A DNA stretch of 64,000 nt. Source: Erysipelotrichales bacterium (GTDB taxonomy: Bacteria; Bacillota_I; Bacilli_A; RFN20; CAG-826). The notes below the pieces were generated by a model. That model did not search any database and was not told the DNA's origin. It was given only the letters and a program-made list of their open reading frames with translations. Location: NCBI GenBank assembly GCA_022508525.1, contig JAFLVA010000001.1, forward strand, positions 8,084 to 72,083. The letters run 5' to 3'. The position numbers and the translations under genes were made by a program. This document shows positions 49,400 to 59,504 of this stretch, piece after piece. Position 1 is the first letter of the stretch, and each line of letters opens with the position of its first letter.

Positions 49400-50011
49400 T
49401 TATAGCAAGTTAGTATTTAAATCAATGTTTGCTTCCTTACAAAATTGTTCATAGAATGTAACTAAAAATTGCGTGCGTTCTATGGACATTTCTTTTGCCT
49501 CAGGAGTATTTAATAAATTGTGTAAGCGAAATAATTTTTCGTGAAAATGGGCCAATGTATTTGGCCTTTTTTCATCTAAGCAATAAAAAGGATTATTTTT
49601 AGAACCACCATATGCAAATGTACGAGCGACTCCAATAGCACCAATTGCATCCAAACGATCAGCATCTTGGGCGATTTTCGCTTCAATTGAAATTTTATTA
49701 TTTATATTTGGATTTTTGCTAAATGATATTGTATCTATGTTTTTTAATATTTGTTTTATTATTTTCTCATCTAATTTAAGTGTTTTAAGAAAGTCTTTAA
49801 CATTTGAATTTGTCGAAGTTTTAAGTTTTTTATCCTCAATATCATGTAGCAATACGGTCATTTGCAAAACAAACAAGTCACAATTTTGATAATTTTTAGC
49901 TATGGCATTAGCGTTATTTAAAACTCTTAAAACATGGTAAAAATCATGCGCCACATCATTTTGGCCCATTTTTTCTTTTACATATAATTGTGTTTTTTCT
50001 AAAGTGTTCAT
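49400..50011 (-). CDS. HD-domain phosphohydrolase
   Basis: HDFYHVLRV, LLHD, QDADRLDAIGAIG. Confidence 0.92.
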   Translation of the reverse strand: MNTLEKTQLYVKEKMGQNDVAHDFYHVLRVLNNANAIAKNYQNCDLFVLQMTVLLHDIEDKKLKTSTNSNVKDFLKTLKLDEKIIKQILKNIDTISFSKNPNINNKISIEAKIAQDADRLDAIGAIGVARTFAYGGSKNNPFYCLDEKRPNTLAHFHEKLFRLHNLLNTPEAKEMSIERTQFLVTFYEQFCKEANIDLNTNLL

Positions 50012-50029
50012 ATGATAATCCTTCTTTCA

Positions 50030-51229
50030 TTATTCATTACTGTTTTCAAGTGAAACTCGATTAAGAAATTTTTTATATGTTAAATCAATTAAGAATGCAC
50101 CTAAAGGCGCAGTTATTAAAATTGCCATAACCGCAACAGTTAAAACGATGTTTCCACATTCTAGTCCTAACGATAATGGAATTCCGCCGATAGCAGCTTG
50201 AACAGTGGCTTTTGGAATGTAGGAAATCATACAAAATACTTTTTCTTTGAAAGTAAGTTTTGTGCATATCAAACATATAAATACGCCAATAATTCTAAAG
50301 CATAATACTAATAAAATTAACAATATTGCAGGTAAAGCAGTAGTTGAAACAAATTTAAGATCAATCGTCGCTCCCACTAGCACAAAAAGTATTATTTCTG
50401 CACCTACCCAAAGTTTGTTAAATTTAAGTGATAATCTTGTAGATGCTTCTTTGTGATATTGTTGCATAGCTATTCCCATAAACATAATGGCAATTAAAGC
50501 TGAGAATGTTATAACTGTAGTTAATTTGTCTTCTATAGAGTTCAAGATAAAAGCAATAGAAAGAATTATTATAACTTTTACTGTATCGCGCATATGGACT
50601 TTAGCGAAAAACTTAGCTAATAAAAAACCAATTAAAAAACCGATTAATATGCCGAGAACAATGGATATTGGAATGTTTACAAAACTAAGAATAGAAACTT
50701 CTTTACCTTGGCCTAAGCCTAAGAATGCTGTAAATAGAACAATTACAAAAACATCATCAACAGACGCACCAGCTAAGATTAGTTGAGGAATACTATGGTC
50801 TTTACCATATCCTTCATCGATTAGTTTTATCATCTTTGGTACGATTACTGCAGGAGATACTGCAGCGACAACCGCACCGATTATTGCTGCCTCAATAACT
50901 GATACATTAAGTATTAATGGTGCAAATATAATCATACCTACTATTTCAAAAGCCGCAGGAACGAAACACATTAATATTGCGGGTCTACCAACTTTTTTTA
51001 AATCCGACCATTTAAGTGTTAAACCAGCACGAGTTAATATTATAATTAACGCAATTCGTCTCAATTCTGATGATATATCTAGTATTGATGGGTCAATCAG
51101 CTTTAAAACACTTGGTCCTAGTAGAATACCAGTTAATATCATACCTACTAAACTAGGTAATTTTATTTTTTTACATAACCATCCAAGTGACATACCAATT
51201 ATTAGAATTAAAGCTATACTTAATAACAT
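50030..51229 (-). CDS. Cation:proton antiporter (CPA/NHA-like)
   Basis: ALIIILTRAGL, AVSPAVIVP, GASVDDV, PKATVQAAIG; about 12 TM. Confidence 0.92.
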   Translation of the reverse strand: MLLSIALILIIGMSLGWLCKKIKLPSLVGMILTGILLGPSVLKLIDPSILDISSELRRIALIIILTRAGLTLKWSDLKKVGRPAILMCFVPAAFEIVGMIIFAPLILNVSVIEAAIIGAVVAAVSPAVIVPKMIKLIDEGYGKDHSIPQLILAGASVDDVFVIVLFTAFLGLGQGKEVSILSFVNIPISIVLGILIGFLIGFLLAKFFAKVHMRDTVKVIIILSIAFILNSIEDKLTTVITFSALIAIMFMGIAMQQYHKEASTRLSLKFNKLWVGAEIILFVLVGATIDLKFVSTTALPAILLILLVLCFRIIGVFICLICTKLTFKEKVFCMISYIPKATVQAAIGGIPLSLGLECGNIVLTVAVMAILITAPLGAFLIDLTYKKFLNRVSLENSNE

Positions 51230-51246
51230 AAAATTCCTCCTTTAAC

Positions 51247-51334
51247 AAAAAAGGCCGAGACTCCTGCCATAAAAGCAGAAGTCATCAGCTAATAAGCGGT
51301 TTTAGTAAAAATACTATGGGAGAACCTCATTCCC
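51247..51334 (-). ncRNA. Fluoride (crcB) riboswitch with terminator
   Basis: Minus strand GGGAATGAGGTTCTCCC...AAACCGC..GCTGATGACTTCTGC; terminator GACTTCTGC/GCAGGAGTC plus T-tract; TTGCAA-16-TATAAT promoter. Confidence 0.92.
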
Positions 51335-51446
51335 AAAAAAATTATAACATACAACAGTATTTTTGCAATTAGATTATTTTTTCAAAAGGTGTATTTTTAA
51401 GTTTTATATTAAATACTAATTTAATATATGATAAAATATTTTTGAG

Positions 51447-53204
51447 GTGACAGAAGTGATTAATGCAGATGATTTATTGGAACCTAGAAAAACGTATGCG
51501 CGAAAGTTAAAGGATTTGCATCACAAAAATTCTGAGGACTATTTTGATGAATTAGTAAAAAAATCGGGAATAAATGTTGAAGAAAACAAACAAACTATAA
51601 AGAAATTAAATAGTGTAAACGAAGAAAGAAATAAATTGAAATCTCAGAAAAACAAATTTGCGTCTTTAAAAGTATTTTTAATTGTTTTAATTATTTTATT
51701 TTTCCTTGGTATCGTAATTGATGTTATTCATGCATTATATTCCGATACACTATGGCTAAATATTGTGGTTGGAATAATTATGCTTGGAGCAGCAATCGGA
51801 TTTATATTCTTATTATCAAAAAACATTTTAAAAAAACTTAAGTTATTCAACGCGGAGCTTGAAACCTTAGATAAAGAAGCGGCAAAACTTTTAGAACAAG
51901 CCTATATGCAAATGAATCCACTTAACGCATTATATGGTTGGAATATTTGCACACAAATTTCAAATAAGTCTTGTCCACTAATTGAACTTGATCGATATTT
52001 CAATCCACGTAGATATGAGTATTTGCATGAGTGTTTTGGTTTTAGTGAGGAAGAGGATGAAAATATTTCGACAGTTTTTGTCCAATCTGGTTCCATTTTA
52101 GGAAATCCATTCTTATTTCAAAAACGATATATTCAAGAGATGGTAGATAAATCATATACAGGTTCAATTGTTATTACTTGGACAACTTCTCATTATTCAA
52201 ATGGTAAATGGGAAACTAGACATCATAGTCAAACTTTAACAGCGACAATATATCGACCAGCTCCAATATATTATTTAGATACATGGCTAATTTACGGAAA
52301 TGAAGCAGCTCCAAATCTATCATTTTCTCGTAAGCCATCAAATGCAAATTCTATGAATGAAAAAGCAATTAATAAGTATGTTAAAAGCCAGGATAAAGTA
52401 TTAGACAAAATGGTTGAAAAAGATATTGATGATAAAGACGGTAATGGTTCTCAATTTACGCGCTTGGCCAACACTAAATTTGAGGCGTTGTTCCATGCGC
52501 TTGATCGTAATAATGAAGTTGAGTTTAGATTACTATTTACACCATTGGCACAAAAAAACATGCTAGATTTAATTGAAAATAAAGAACCTTATGGAGATGA
52601 TTTTTCCTTTATTAAAAAGAAGAAAATCAATTACATTAAAAGTGGACATATTCAACATTTTGATTTAACTGCTGATCCTAAAAAATTTGTTCACTATGAT
52701 TATGAGTTTGCAAGGAATAATTTCACTAAAATAAATGATGAATATTTTAAGAATATTTTCTTTGATTTTGCTCCATTAATTTCAATACCTTTATATCAAC
52801 AGCACAAACCAAAAGAATATATATATAAAGATAATTATCCATCAAATATTACAAAATTCGAACATGAAGTTTTGGCAAACGCATTTAATCATAATCAACT
52901 TAAACATCCAGAATCAACAACAGATACAATTTTAAAGGCTAGAGCTGCTTATAAAGAAGGAGAAAGAGATATTGTGAATATTGATGCTCATTCGTTTAAG
53001 GCAATTCCGCGGGTTGAGTATGTATCAAAGATGGGCGGAGATGGTAGGATGCATATGGTGCCGGTAAATTATTATGAATATTTACCTTTAAAACAAACTA
53101 CTTCAATGGTTGCACAATATGAAAGTGATAATTCACAAATTAATATTAATAATGATATAATAAAACAAAGAGGATTATTAGCTTATTTAAATAAAGCTCG
53201 ATAA
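51447..53204 (+). CDS. Two-TM membrane protein paired with LemA (MAG1210-like)
   Basis: Coiled coil, 2 TM, large soluble domain; adjacent lemA. Family name is from recall, not a search. Confidence 0.65.
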   Translation: MTEVINADDLLEPRKTYARKLKDLHHKNSEDYFDELVKKSGINVEENKQTIKKLNSVNEERNKLKSQKNKFASLKVFLIVLIILFFLGIVIDVIHALYSDTLWLNIVVGIIMLGAAIGFIFLLSKNILKKLKLFNAELETLDKEAAKLLEQAYMQMNPLNALYGWNICTQISNKSCPLIELDRYFNPRRYEYLHECFGFSEEEDENISTVFVQSGSILGNPFLFQKRYIQEMVDKSYTGSIVITWTTSHYSNGKWETRHHSQTLTATIYRPAPIYYLDTWLIYGNEAAPNLSFSRKPSNANSMNEKAINKYVKSQDKVLDKMVEKDIDDKDGNGSQFTRLANTKFEALFHALDRNNEVEFRLLFTPLAQKNMLDLIENKEPYGDDFSFIKKKKINYIKSGHIQHFDLTADPKKFVHYDYEFARNNFTKINDEYFKNIFFDFAPLISIPLYQQHKPKEYIYKDNYPSNITKFEHEVLANAFNHNQLKHPESTTDTILKARAAYKEGERDIVNIDAHSFKAIPRVEYVSKMGGDGRMHMVPVNYYEYLPLKQTTSMVAQYESDNSQININNDIIKQRGLLAYLNKAR

Positions 53205-53235
53205 TCTAGAACTAGTACTAAAGGAGGAATTACAA

Positions 53236-53895
53236 ATGGCTAATGAATTAGATGAAATGACAGGACCAGTAAATCAAGAAGGAAGAGATGTTAACGTAAT
53301 CGAAAAACAAATTCCTGTAAAAGTAGGAGCAGGATCTGTTGTTTTTGAAGTACTTTTATGGGTTTTAGGAATTATTCCAGGAATTGTATTTTTATTTAAG
53401 AAAAGAAGTGCAAAATCATATTTGGCAAAGTTACAACAAAAACTTCAACATGATGCTTCTCAAATTGATAATTACTTAGAACAAAGAGTAGTTATATTAT
53501 CTAATGTTGCTAAATTGCTTGAAAAGGCAGTTGACTTAGATAAATCAACATTTACAGATATTGCTGCATTACGTTCTGGTAAATCAAATGGTGATTTAAA
53601 TGAAGTTGCTTCTGAAATTGATAAAGTAAACATGAAATTGAATGTTGCTGTAGAAAATTATCCAGAATTAAAAGCACACCAAGAGATTGCAGATGCAATG
53701 CAACAAAATTCTTATTTACAAAAAGAAATTACTGCCGCACGTGAAGTTTATAACGATACAGTAAGACAATGGAATACGGAAATATTTGCTTGGCCAACTA
53801 AGATGATTGTAGCAGCTAAACAAGGATACACTACAAGAATTCCATTCACTGCATCTTCAGAAACAAAGGCTCGCGCAAGAGAAACATTCTTCTAA
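53236..53895 (+). CDS. lemA: LemA family protein
   Basis: IDNYLEQR, ENYPELKA, AAREVYND.V..WN..I..WP. Confidence 0.92.
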   Translation: MANELDEMTGPVNQEGRDVNVIEKQIPVKVGAGSVVFEVLLWVLGIIPGIVFLFKKRSAKSYLAKLQQKLQHDASQIDNYLEQRVVILSNVAKLLEKAVDLDKSTFTDIAALRSGKSNGDLNEVASEIDKVNMKLNVAVENYPELKAHQEIADAMQQNSYLQKEITAAREVYNDTVRQWNTEIFAWPTKMIVAAKQGYTTRIPFTASSETKARARETFF

Positions 53896-53965
53896 GAAAA
53901 AAACAATTAAGACCAACGTAGTTGGTCTTTTTTATTGCACTTATTTGTGCTATTATGAATAAAAG

Positions 53966-54505
53966 GTGAGTAGAATGAACAAGATTTTTAAAAATGAAAA
54001 TTCGTTTTTCGGAAAAATAGAGAAGTTTTTCTGGGCATTATATGAAAAAGAACCTTTCAGATTTTTAATTGCTGGTGGAATTAATACTGTTTTAGGTATT
54101 GTTGCTTCAATCTTGTTTAGATTACTTTTTAAAGCTGCTGGTTGGGATCCTAAAATTTCATTTGACTTTTTAGAAAAAATTGGACTTGTTGCACCTAATA
54201 TGGATATTCCATATTTAATTGCATTTGTCTTGCTACTTCCTGTTGCTTATACTTTGCAAGCATTTATATCATTTAGAACAAAATGGAGCTTTATGAGATT
54301 CTTAATTTATCCAATAAGTTCTATTCCTAATTTTATTTGCCAAGAGTTGTTTATTTGGCTATTTGAAGTGGTGTTGAAATTACCATCAAGTGTATCATAT
54401 TTTTTATCACCAATATGTTCGTTACCAATAATGTTTTTTATAATACGTTTTTTGGTAAAGCCATTGAAAAAGAAAACTGAAAAAAAAGAAGAAACAAATG
54501 AATAA
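53966..54505 (+). CDS. GtrA family membrane protein
   Basis: FRFLIAGGINT; 4 TM. Confidence 0.75.
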   Translation: MSRMNKIFKNENSFFGKIEKFFWALYEKEPFRFLIAGGINTVLGIVASILFRLLFKAAGWDPKISFDFLEKIGLVAPNMDIPYLIAFVLLLPVAYTLQAFISFRTKWSFMRFLIYPISSIPNFICQELFIWLFEVVLKLPSSVSYFLSPICSLPIMFFIIRFLVKPLKKKTEKKEETNE

Positions 54506-55721
54506 ATGTTATTTAAAAAAAAATTTAAAGGAGGCAGTTATTAAAATGAATATTATAATTTTTACTGATACATATCCTCCAGAAATTAATGGTGTTGCAA
54601 CATCTACAAATAACTTATATAAGATTTTAAAAGCAAATGGACACAATGCCTATGTAGTTTGCACAAATCCCTTTGGCAAAACTATTCAATTCGAAAATGA
54701 TGTTTTAAGAATTCCTGGTATTGAATTAAAGAAATTATATTCATATCGCATATCTAATATTTATAATTCAAAAGCAATGAAAATTGTGACAAAATTGAAG
54801 CCAGATATAGTTCATGTTAATACTGAAGAGGGGATTAGTATGTTTGGAAGGATTGTTTCTCGTAGATTACACATTCCTTTAGTTTACACGTATCATACAA
54901 TGTTTGAAGACTATACGTATTATGTCACAAAAAACAATATGATTTTTGATCGTTTTGCAAAAAAATTTGTAAGAACTGTTACAAAAATTCTAGCAAATAA
55001 CGCTACTGAATTTATTGCACCCAGCGACAAAACTAAAGATGCCATTAGAACTTATGGTTACAAATCCTATGTTAATATTGTGCCAACGGGAATAGATTTT
55101 TCTAAATACGAATATCAAAATATAGATATTGAAAAATTGAATTATTTAAAAAATAAATATGATCTAAATAATTGTTTCACAGTTTTATCTTTAGGAAGAG
55201 TTGCTAAAGAAAAATCGATTGATATTTGTTTAAGAGGATTTAAAAAATTTTTAAATAAATATAATGGTAAAACTAAAATGTTAATAGTTGGTGGTGGACC
55301 AGCTTTAATAGAATTACAAGAATTAGCAAAAGAATTAGCTATCCAAGACAAAGTGATTTTTACTGGGCCTGTTAGCCCTGATGAAGTGCCATATTATTAT
55401 CATCTTGGTAATGTGTTTGTTTCAGCATCGGTTACAGAAACGCAAGGTTTGACATTTATGGAAGCAATGGCGTCTAGAACATTTATTTTAGCTAGGTTTG
55501 ATGAGAATTTAGCTGATGTTATTATAGATAACGAAACAGGCTTTTATTTTGAAAGTGAAGATGATTTTTGCGATGAACTTATCAAAGTCATTGATTTAAA
55601 TTCGCAAGCAAAAGATAAGATTTTAAATAATGCATACGAACTTGTAGGAAGATATTCACTAGATAATTTTTATAATAATATTATGGAGGTATATAAACGT
55701 GCATTTAGAAAGTACTGGTAA
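54498..55721 (+). CDS. GT4 glycosyltransferase (diacylglycerol glucosyltransferase-like)
   Basis: FTDTYPPEINGVATS, YTYHT, GRVAKEK, ETQGLTFMEAMA; likely start MNIII at 54546. Confidence 0.9.
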   Translation: MNKCYLKKNLKEAVIKMNIIIFTDTYPPEINGVATSTNNLYKILKANGHNAYVVCTNPFGKTIQFENDVLRIPGIELKKLYSYRISNIYNSKAMKIVTKLKPDIVHVNTEEGISMFGRIVSRRLHIPLVYTYHTMFEDYTYYVTKNNMIFDRFAKKFVRTVTKILANNATEFIAPSDKTKDAIRTYGYKSYVNIVPTGIDFSKYEYQNIDIEKLNYLKNKYDLNNCFTVLSLGRVAKEKSIDICLRGFKKFLNKYNGKTKMLIVGGGPALIELQELAKELAIQDKVIFTGPVSPDEVPYYYHLGNVFVSASVTETQGLTFMEAMASRTFILARFDENLADVIIDNETGFYFESEDDFCDELIKVIDLNSQAKDKILNNAYELVGRYSLDNFYNNIMEVYKRAFRKYW

Positions 55722-56499
55722 AATAAGTGTCGTAGAATTATCTCATAAAAAAAACAAAGTAATAATGTTATTATCAAATGGTGAATCAATTAATATAAAT
55801 GAAGATATTATTTTAGATTATTATCTTTATTTGAATAAAGAATTAGATATGCCAACTATAAGAAAAATAAAAGAAAGTGCAGAGATGAACGAAACTTTGC
55901 AAAAGGCTTATAGTTTACTAGCACATGGCTTATACACAAAAAAAGAATTAAAAGAGCGGCTTATAAGAAAAAAATGCAACACTACTACTATAGAAAAAGT
56001 TATAAAAAAACTAATTAGTCTAAACTATTTGAACGATGAAAGATATGTTGAAGAGTATTTGAATTATGCCAAAAATAAAGGATTTGGCCCGAAAAAAATC
56101 AAATCCGAGCTAATAAAAAAGGGTATTAATGATTATTTGATTTCTATGATAAATTTCGATAATCAGGAAGAAGAAATAGAGATACAAATAGAAAAATCAT
56201 TAAAAAAATATCGAAATTATAATTACCAAACCAAGATTCAAAAAGTGTATAATCATCTCATTTTATTAGGATATAATTCTGAATTGATAAAAGATGTTTT
56301 AGAAAAGAAAATATCTATTGATGAAGATGTTGAAATTCAATTATTAAGAAAAGATTTTGATAAGGCTGTTAATAAGTTGAAAAAGAAATTTGCACAAAAA
56401 GAATTAGAAAAAGCAGTAATATCATATTTAATGAAAAAAGGATATAAATATGATACAATTTATGAAGTTTTAAAGGAGTGCGATTATTATGAAGATTAA
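55699..56499 (+). CDS. recX: Regulatory protein RecX
   Basis: ELKERL, YLNDERY, GPKKIKSEL.KKG, YLMKKGY. Confidence 0.88.
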   Translation: MHLESTGKISVVELSHKKNKVIMLLSNGESININEDIILDYYLYLNKELDMPTIRKIKESAEMNETLQKAYSLLAHGLYTKKELKERLIRKKCNTTTIEKVIKKLISLNYLNDERYVEEYLNYAKNKGFGPKKIKSELIKKGINDYLISMINFDNQEEEIEIQIEKSLKKYRNYNYQTKIQKVYNHLILLGYNSELIKDVLEKKISIDEDVEIQLLRKDFDKAVNKLKKKFAQKELEKAVISYLMKKGYKYDTIYEVLKECDYYED

Positions 56500-57421
56500 G
56501 GAATTAATTGATGGTCAAAAAGTTGAATTTGACGCTCTTGTTGCAAATGTTACAAAAGGAGTTTCTGCAAATTCTGCTACGTACTTAAACATTACTTTGC
56601 AAGATTCTACAGGAAGTATTGAAGCAAAAAAATGGGATGCAAGCGAGGATGATTTTAAATTTTACACCATTGGTAAAATTATTAGAGTTAAAGGTGATAC
56701 AAATTTATATCGCAATGCTTTACAATTTAAAATAGCATCTGCTGAGCAAGTCGATGAATCCACAATTGATTATCAAGATTTTGTGCTTTCTGCTCCAATT
56801 AGTAGAGAAGTTTTAGAAGAGCAATTACATGAGTACATGAATATTGTTAAAGATCCAGACGTTAAATTACTTATGGATGCTTTGATAAACAAATTTTATA
56901 CACCATTTTTAACACATCCTGCTGCGACTAGAAATCATCATGAATACTGCTCTGGTCTTTTACACCATTCAATCAGTGTTTGTAAATTGGCGTGTATGTT
57001 TGCTGATTTTTATAGTGATATTGATAAAGATATTCTAATTGCAGGTGCATTATTACATGATTTAGGAAAAATAATTGAACTTACTGGACCTATCATTCCA
57101 TCATATACAATTGAGGGAAGATTGATTGGTCATATTTCACTAATGCAAGCCGAAATAAGAGAAATGGCTAATAAATTGAACATTAAAAGTGAAGTACCAA
57201 TGCTTCTTGAGCATATGATATTATCTCATCACGGAAAAAGAGAATTTGGCTCACCAATTCTTCCAATGACACGTGAAGCCTTATTATTGAGTTTTGCCGA
57301 TGATTTAGATGCTAAAATGAATATCCTTGATAAAGCATATAGCCAAATACAAGAAGGCGAGTTTACTAATCGCATCTATCCTTTAGAAGAAAGAGCGTTT
57401 TATAAACCTAAGAAAAGATAA
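56489..57421 (+). CDS. yhaM: 3'-5' exoribonuclease YhaM family
   Basis: OB fold (YL..TLQD.TG.I.AKKW), PAA...HH, LHDLGK, HMILSHHG. Confidence 0.92.
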   Translation: MKIKELIDGQKVEFDALVANVTKGVSANSATYLNITLQDSTGSIEAKKWDASEDDFKFYTIGKIIRVKGDTNLYRNALQFKIASAEQVDESTIDYQDFVLSAPISREVLEEQLHEYMNIVKDPDVKLLMDALINKFYTPFLTHPAATRNHHEYCSGLLHHSISVCKLACMFADFYSDIDKDILIAGALLHDLGKIIELTGPIIPSYTIEGRLIGHISLMQAEIREMANKLNIKSEVPMLLEHMILSHHGKREFGSPILPMTREALLLSFADDLDAKMNILDKAYSQIQEGEFTNRIYPLEERAFYKPKKR

Positions 57422-57490
57422 ATAATATGATATAAAAAAGAGTAGACAAATAATAATCTACTCTTTTATATTTGATTTATTGGATTCGAG

Positions 57491-57910
57491 TTATAAACTT
57501 TTTTTAATCGAATTTGCAATGCTTGGTAACGATATTTCACCAAGTAATTTGTTTTCTTTAAAGTCAATTACAAGACCATCATTATTTTCATAGCGAGGGA
57601 TAACATGCACATGAAAGTGCATTACTGTTTGCCCAGCGGCTTGATAACAATTTGTTAGAATGTTTACTCCTTTTGCATGTAGATTTGTAATTTGTGATTG
57701 CCCAATGGTTTGAGCAATATTCATAACTTTATGCATAATGTCTTTTGGTGTCGCTAGAAAATTGTCATAATGTTTTTTTGAAATTACTAGAGTATGTCCA
57801 ACTGTAGTTTGCGAAATGTCTAGAAACGCTAAAACATCATCATCTTCATATATTTTGGCACATGGAATATCACCATTGACAATTTTACAAAAAATACAAT
57901 TATTTTCCAT
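57491..57910 (-). CDS. hit: HIT family protein
   Basis: CIFCKI, GHTLVI, QTVMHFHVHVIPR. Confidence 0.96.
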   Translation of the reverse strand: MENNCIFCKIVNGDIPCAKIYEDDDVLAFLDISQTTVGHTLVISKKHYDNFLATPKDIMHKVMNIAQTIGQSQITNLHAKGVNILTNCYQAAGQTVMHFHVHVIPRYENNDGLVIDFKENKLLGEISLPSIANSIKKSL

Positions 57911-57962
57911 ATATAATTCTCCTAGATAAAAAGGAGGAAATACATCCTCCTAATTTTAATTA

Positions 57963-59504
57963 TTAGTCTTCGCTATCCCATACATCTGGATATGTAGCTT
58001 TGAAATATTCATATACAGCTGTATCGTGGAATTCAATATTAGCGTTTTCTAAATAATGAACTAATGCTTTGTTCTTATAAGTTTCTCTTGAAGCATATTT
58101 TTGAGCGATTTCATAAATTGCTTCATCATACATTTCATCTGTATAAGCAGTGCCTTCTTTATTAGAACCTAATTTTCTATTGTTAACTGCTTCATCAACG
58201 ATGACAATGTAGTAAGTTTTACTACTACTATCATAGATTACGCAATCCATGTTCTCTTCAGCATTACTTTCAATAGATTCAGGTTTTAAATAATAATTTC
58301 CGTGAACATTCTTAACAAATTTATTATTATTGTCTGAAGCACTTTCTTTTAAATTGTTATTAACATTGTTTGCAACAACAACGTCAAACAATCTTGAAGT
58401 AATTGAAGATGGAAGACTTATTGAATCATTTGATTTAGCAAACCAACCATCATTGCTTAATTCGTTTTTACGTAATTCGTTTTCTTTGATTTCTAAACCT
58501 GTTTCTTTAGAATAAGATCCGGAACTTGTAAATTCTGATTCAGCAGCTTCATCAGTTAATAATTCATCATCATTAATTTTATTATATCTAGCTAAGATAT
58601 CGCCATATAATGTGTAATCATAATCAGCAGTTTTGATTTTTGCATCTGCTAATAATGTTTCAGCTTCTTCTGTTAAATCAATACCTTTCCAAGCATTTTC
58701 AAGAAGAGCTAAATCAATTTCTTTTCCTGCACTAATGTAATTGTTAACGTAAGTTTTAATTAAGCTTGATGCAGCTTCAGGGTGATTACCATTTTCTGCA
58801 ATAGCAACATATCTGATTTTACGAGCGGCTGATTTACCGAATGAATCGATTTCTTCGCTCTTAATGTATTTCTCAACTAATAATTCACGATAGACTTCTT
58901 GTAAATATGTATCTTCCATGTATCTTGTATAGTCACAATTTAATACGTATTTACCATCGTTTGGTTCGCGATTATCAGCAGTGTATTCAACACCATCACG
59001 ATCTTTACCACCAGCATATAAATGCTTATCGGAATCTTTTAAGAATACATAACCAGTAGAATAGTCAGAATTCTCAGGTAGTTCAATTTCATAAGTTAAA
59101 TTTTGTTGAATAGTTTTAACAAATTTTTCTTCATCGAATTTGTTTCTGTAGTCATAGCTACCAGTTGAAACAGCAGCATATAACTTTTCATTCATTCTAC
59201 CTTGAATTTCAACAACTAAATCGTCATTAGCTGCTTTTAAGTCTTCATAAACTCCGATTTGTTCTTCGGCAAGAACAAAGATTACTTCATCTAAAACAGC
59301 TGAATTGATTGAACCGTTTTCATATAATTTATCATATACTAAGCTACGTAAATTGTTTGTAATATCTTTGACTTTAGAGCCATCAGAAGCGGTTCCATCG
59401 ATTAAATAATCATTTTCATATTTAGGTTTTGCTTCAACATCACAACCAGCAAGTAAGAACATTGCGGATGCTGCAAGAAGTACTTTATTGAATTTTCTCG
59501 ACAT
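57963..59504 (-). CDS. Large lipoprotein, divergent PrsA/SurA-like (start probably MSRKF)
   Basis: LAGC lipobox; ARKIRYVAI and YYIVIV strands reminiscent of parvulin; overlaps the upstream gene. Confidence 0.7.
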   Translation of the reverse strand: MSRKFNKVLLAASAMFLLAGCDVEAKPKYENDYLIDGTASDGSKVKDITNNLRSLVYDKLYENGSINSAVLDEVIFVLAEEQIGVYEDLKAANDDLVVEIQGRMNEKLYAAVSTGSYDYRNKFDEEKFVKTIQQNLTYEIELPENSDYSTGYVFLKDSDKHLYAGGKDRDGVEYTADNREPNDGKYVLNCDYTRYMEDTYLQEVYRELLVEKYIKSEEIDSFGKSAARKIRYVAIAENGNHPEAASSLIKTYVNNYISAGKEIDLALLENAWKGIDLTEEAETLLADAKIKTADYDYTLYGDILARYNKINDDELLTDEAAESEFTSSGSYSKETGLEIKENELRKNELSNDGWFAKSNDSISLPSSITSRLFDVVVANNVNNNLKESASDNNNKFVKNVHGNYYLKPESIESNAEENMDCVIYDSSSKTYYIVIVDEAVNNRKLGSNKEGTAYTDEMYDEAIYEIAQKYASRETYKNKALVHYLENANIEFHDTAVYEYFKATYPDVWDSED

